Assembly (NCBI GenBank): GCA_050273025.1 | Contig: CP158636.1 | Coordinates: forward strand, 6,014,001-6,078,000 | DNA from: Cenococcum geophilum | Lineage: Eukaryota | Direction: 5' to 3' | Length of the DNA stretch: 64,000 bases | Shown: in pieces, positions 60,302 to 64,000 of the stretch | Position numbering within the stretch: the stretch's first letter is position 1 | Layout of the letters: each line of letters starts with the position of its first letter | Translations under genes and position numbers: made by a program | Notes under the pieces: model-generated | Databases searched by the model: none | Told to the model about the DNA's origin: nothing | Seen by the model: only the letters and a program-made list of their open reading frames with translations

Positions 60302-63068
60302 ATGGACGACTCTCCACGCTCTGCAAAGAGGAGGAAGCTCGAGACTTCTACCCGCAATGCTTCGAATCCACTCACGAAAGCCTCAGCAACACTGAAGGCT
60401 CCTGCTAGCGGGACTTTGAAGCGACCAGGTCGACGAGCTGTTTCTTTGGCAACAGCTAATGACCAGGAACCTGAAAAAGCCGCTCCTCCAGCCGCTCAAG
60501 CCAGGGCCTCAAAAAGTTCTCCCAGCTCGCCAGCACACACACCGGATGGCGCACTACGAAAGCGCAGATTCCCGAACAATGAAGAGGACATATATAACGA
60601 CTTTGACGGAGCACTAGAAGTTGATTCTCCCGCCAAGCGCTTACGCAGTCGAATTCGAGGACTTGTCCACAATGAAGGGAATTCCGGAGACGCTTCACCG
60701 AACCGCACGAGAGGCAGCCCCGGGACGAGTGCGGGAAATCAGGGGCAAAGAGCACGTGTACACCCGGGGGTTAATGGAACACCAAAAAACACAATGTCTC
60801 CCAGAAACTTGGAGGGGTCTGCTAGGAACCATGTTGGTCGCTCAACGCTGATGAACGAGATGTTGGGTGAAGAACAAGTGGAGGCCTTTCCGATGGATGA
60901 TGAGGGCGAACTGGTATCAGGCCCGGCTACTCCGTCCCGCCGTGGTAAAATCCAGCGGGCATTGAACGGCACCCACAGTGGAGTGAATAAAGCAGCAAAG
61001 GGCACATTGTCAGGTCCCATTACCCGCCGATCAGCGAGGTCTGCTATGTCAGACGAACCAGATCAGGATATGCCTAACCAACCGAACGGTGCCAATGAGT
61101 ACGTAGCATCAACTACGCCTGCGAAAAGAAAAGCTGGCCGGCCAAGAAAAGTAATAGAGGACAAACGTGAGGAGGACAGCTTAAGCAAACAAAGCAAGGG
61201 CCCTCAATCAACCACCGCCACGCTAGCGGGACGAAAACGAAACACCCTAGATCACGATGAAAAAGATGGCGCCACTTCTGAAAGTGGTCTCGAGGGACCG
61301 TATAATGGCAAAGGAAGCATTAAAAATACCTCTTCCAGAAGAAAACGGAGCTACACAGATAATATTGATAGTGACGATGACGAAGTGATTGAAAGCGGAC
61401 TCCCGGGTTCAGTGTCTGAGAGAGCGCCGAAACGTGGGCAAATATATACGTCTCAAACTGCAAATGACGTGGATGAAAATTCAGACGTCTCTGACCGAAT
61501 GAGTGTTGATGAAGAAGAACGTCTGAGCGATGCAGAGATAAACCCTTTTCAAGTTCAGCGAAAGAAAAGGCAAATGCCGGTGGCTACTGTGCGAATTAGT
61601 GGGATTAATGGAGCGACTAGCTCGGATAGCGAACTCAAGCTTCTAAAACGCATCGTGCTGGAAAAGATCACAGTCAAGCGCTCAGGGCCCCTTGTTGGTT
61701 TAGACGATGAATATAAGAAAGTTTATCAGCTTGTCGAGCACACAGTAGTAGCAGGAGAGGGTAACTCTATGCTTCTAATTGGGGCTAGAGGTAGCGGGAA
61801 GACTGCTTTGGTGGGCAAAGTTCTGTTCGAATTATCGAAAGACCACCGGGAAGATTTCCACGTTGTCAAGTTGAATGGCTTCGTTCATACGGACGATAAG
61901 CTTGCTCTTCGAGAGATTTGGAGACAACTGGGCAAAGAGATGGAGATCGAAGAGGACGGCCTAGGCAAGAATTACGCCGACACACTCTCAACGCTTCTAG
62001 CCCTACTTTCTCACCCTTCCGAGCAGACTGGGCAAGAAACAGAGCAAGTCGCCAAAGCGGTGGTGTTCGTCATGGATGAATTCGACCTCTTCGCCTCTCA
62101 TCCGCGCCAAACACTATTATACAACCTCTTTGACATCGCACAGTCCAGGAAAGCGCCAATCGCTGTTCTTGGTCTGACTACTAAGATAGACGTCGCTGAG
62201 AGCCTCGAGAAACGCGTGAAGAGCAGATTCAGCCATCGCTATGTCCACCTCTCCCTGGCAAAGTCATTCACCGCATTTCAAGAAATATGTAAAGCTGTCT
62301 TACTCCTGCAACCTGATGCGCTGAATGTCGAGGAACAAGCGGTACTTTCCCAACCAGGCAAACCCACCGTCTCAAATAAATTCAAAACCCTAGCCAAAGA
62401 TGTAGATATCCTGAGCAGCTGGAATAACAGCATCTCAGTAAGTCATCTTTAACCTCTCTTCTCCTCGTTACATCCCTAACAGAATTTCAAAGGCTCTGTT
62501 TTCCAACAAGATCTTCCTGACGACCCATCTCGCCCCTTATTACTATCGCAGCAAATCCGTCCCAGAAGTCTTAACTTCATTTCTGCTCCCAACGTCGTTC
62601 CTTACCGTATCCACCTTTCCCATCTCCCCTGACACCTTCACTGCGCACCTCTCCCCAAAATTCTCACTCGCACCTCCAGACTCTAAGCTTGCTCTCCTAC
62701 CTTCTCTGTCCTTTCTCCAGCTGGCGCTCCTCATTGCTGCCGCACGCCTCGATGTCATCCTCGACACTGATACCTGTAATTTCGACATGGCATACGCCGA
62801 GTACGTCTCCCTGGCTTCAAAAGCGAAAATTCAGTCCGCAGCTGGAGGAGCGGTGGCTAGCGGGAGTGCTACAAAAGTGTGGGGACGGGACGTGGCGCGG
62901 ATGGAATGGGAGAGGCTTGTTGGGTGGGAGTTAGTGGTGCCCGTCATTGGAGGTGGAGGTACAGGTGCGGGTAGTATGGTCAGGGTAGACGTCGCTTTGG
63001 AGGAGATCGCGCCGAGTGTCGGGCCGGGCATTGACCGAGTGTTGGAAAAGTGGTGTCGGCAGATTTGA
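60302..63068 (+). CDS. ORC4: Origin recognition complex subunit 4
   Basis: GEGNSMLLIGARGSGKT, VKLNGFVHTDDKLALREIWRQLG, FVMDEFDLFASHPRQTLLYNLFD, LEKRVKSRFSHR; intron 62438-62492. Confidence 0.95.
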
Positions 63069-63309
63069 CGGATAGTGTGTTGGGTCACGAGCGGTATGCG
63101 GAAAATAGGAAATCTAAGGTTAGATGGACGTGGTTGGGTTTGGTTGGAGGGATGGCTTTAGCATTATAAAATTATTAAATATAATTCATCTTGAGGATGA
63201 ATAGAACTCTTTTGAAGTCCAGCCTCCTCACCCTTTTGTCCTTGCAGTTTTACAACCTTAAAGAACCTCCCATTCCTTCTCTTACCTCTTCATTTCGTCC
63301 TCTTGGGGA

Positions 63310-64000
63310 CTATGACCAGTATGTCGCCCACTTACTCTCCCCTCTCACCACGTCCACAAAACTCTTTGCAATGACCCGGTCTGTCTGTTCGCTCGGATGC
63401 AGCTCGTCATACCACAAGAACGAGTCCGGACTATCCGTCCTAGTGCAATTCAAGCCCGTCAGGCTGCAATGTCTATCATACCCCTTGACATTGAGCGGCG
63501 CGGTACCATTCAAATAACCAGCCGGATGATTCCAGATATCCGTAACCTGTGACAGTGCATTAGCCTAAGTCCAACCTAAGAAGCCAGAAAAAATCGAAAA
63601 CGCAGCTTACCAGGCCATTAACGTCAAAAACGGCAAAATGCGCCCCGGGATACCTCCGCGCGATCAGGATCTCGTACGGGGTCTGGTACTTGTAGATGTC
63701 GTTGACGGTGGCGACGCTCTCCCACATGCGGTAGCTGATCTCGGTTAGGTTGCCGCCTTTGTCGGGCCAGAAGTGGTTCGCGCCGACGCCGCCGTTTTCC
63801 GGGGTGGCATACAGCGGGGCCAGCTGCAAGGGCACGATGTTCATGAGGACGAAGTAGCGCGCGCCGGCGTGGTAGAGGCCGTCGAGCATGGAGTAGACGC
63901 ACGAGACGTAGTCGACGATAGTAGTGCCGCCCTTTTGCGAGTCGGTCAGCAGCGCGTAGTTGCCGAGGTCGTTCGTCCCAATCCACATCGAGTAGACTGT
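63310..64000 (-). CDS. SGNH/GDSL esterase (CE16 acetylesterase-like), 5' part outside the window
   Basis: WIGTNDLG (block III), LYHAGARYFVLMN, FLWYDELHPSEQ (DxxH); intron 63610-63547. Confidence 0.85.

Overview
Intron-containing genomic DNA from a filamentous ascomycete (Pezizomycotina) with clear repeat-induced point mutation (RIP) in its repeats. Bases 1-33 kb and 56.5-64 kb are gene-rich: two tandem Myb/SANT genes, an S28 serine peptidase, a Zn2Cys6 transcription factor, CGI121, COX4, an HRQ1-type helicase, a het-6-like HET gene disabled by a Trp->TAG codon and a MITE, two C2H2-like zinc-finger genes, ORC4 and a partial SGNH/CE16 esterase. The 33.6-56.5 kb block is one secreted GMC oxidoreductase gene split by seven insertions, all with readable target-site duplications (TSDs): a hAT transposon carrying two solo LTRs, a Copia element carrying a TRIM and a second Copia, and a third Copia. 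Most notable: (1) a 444-bp non-coding TRIM whose primer-binding site is a perfect 14-nt complement of its own predicted transcript 5' end (Tf1-like self-priming architecture); (2) two independently inserted solo LTRs of one family in mirror-image positions about 170 bp inside each hAT end; (3) a QTDD-type Copia with an AT-hook, nested in AT-rich RIP'd DNA. All calls and coordinates were read by eye; no searches were run.
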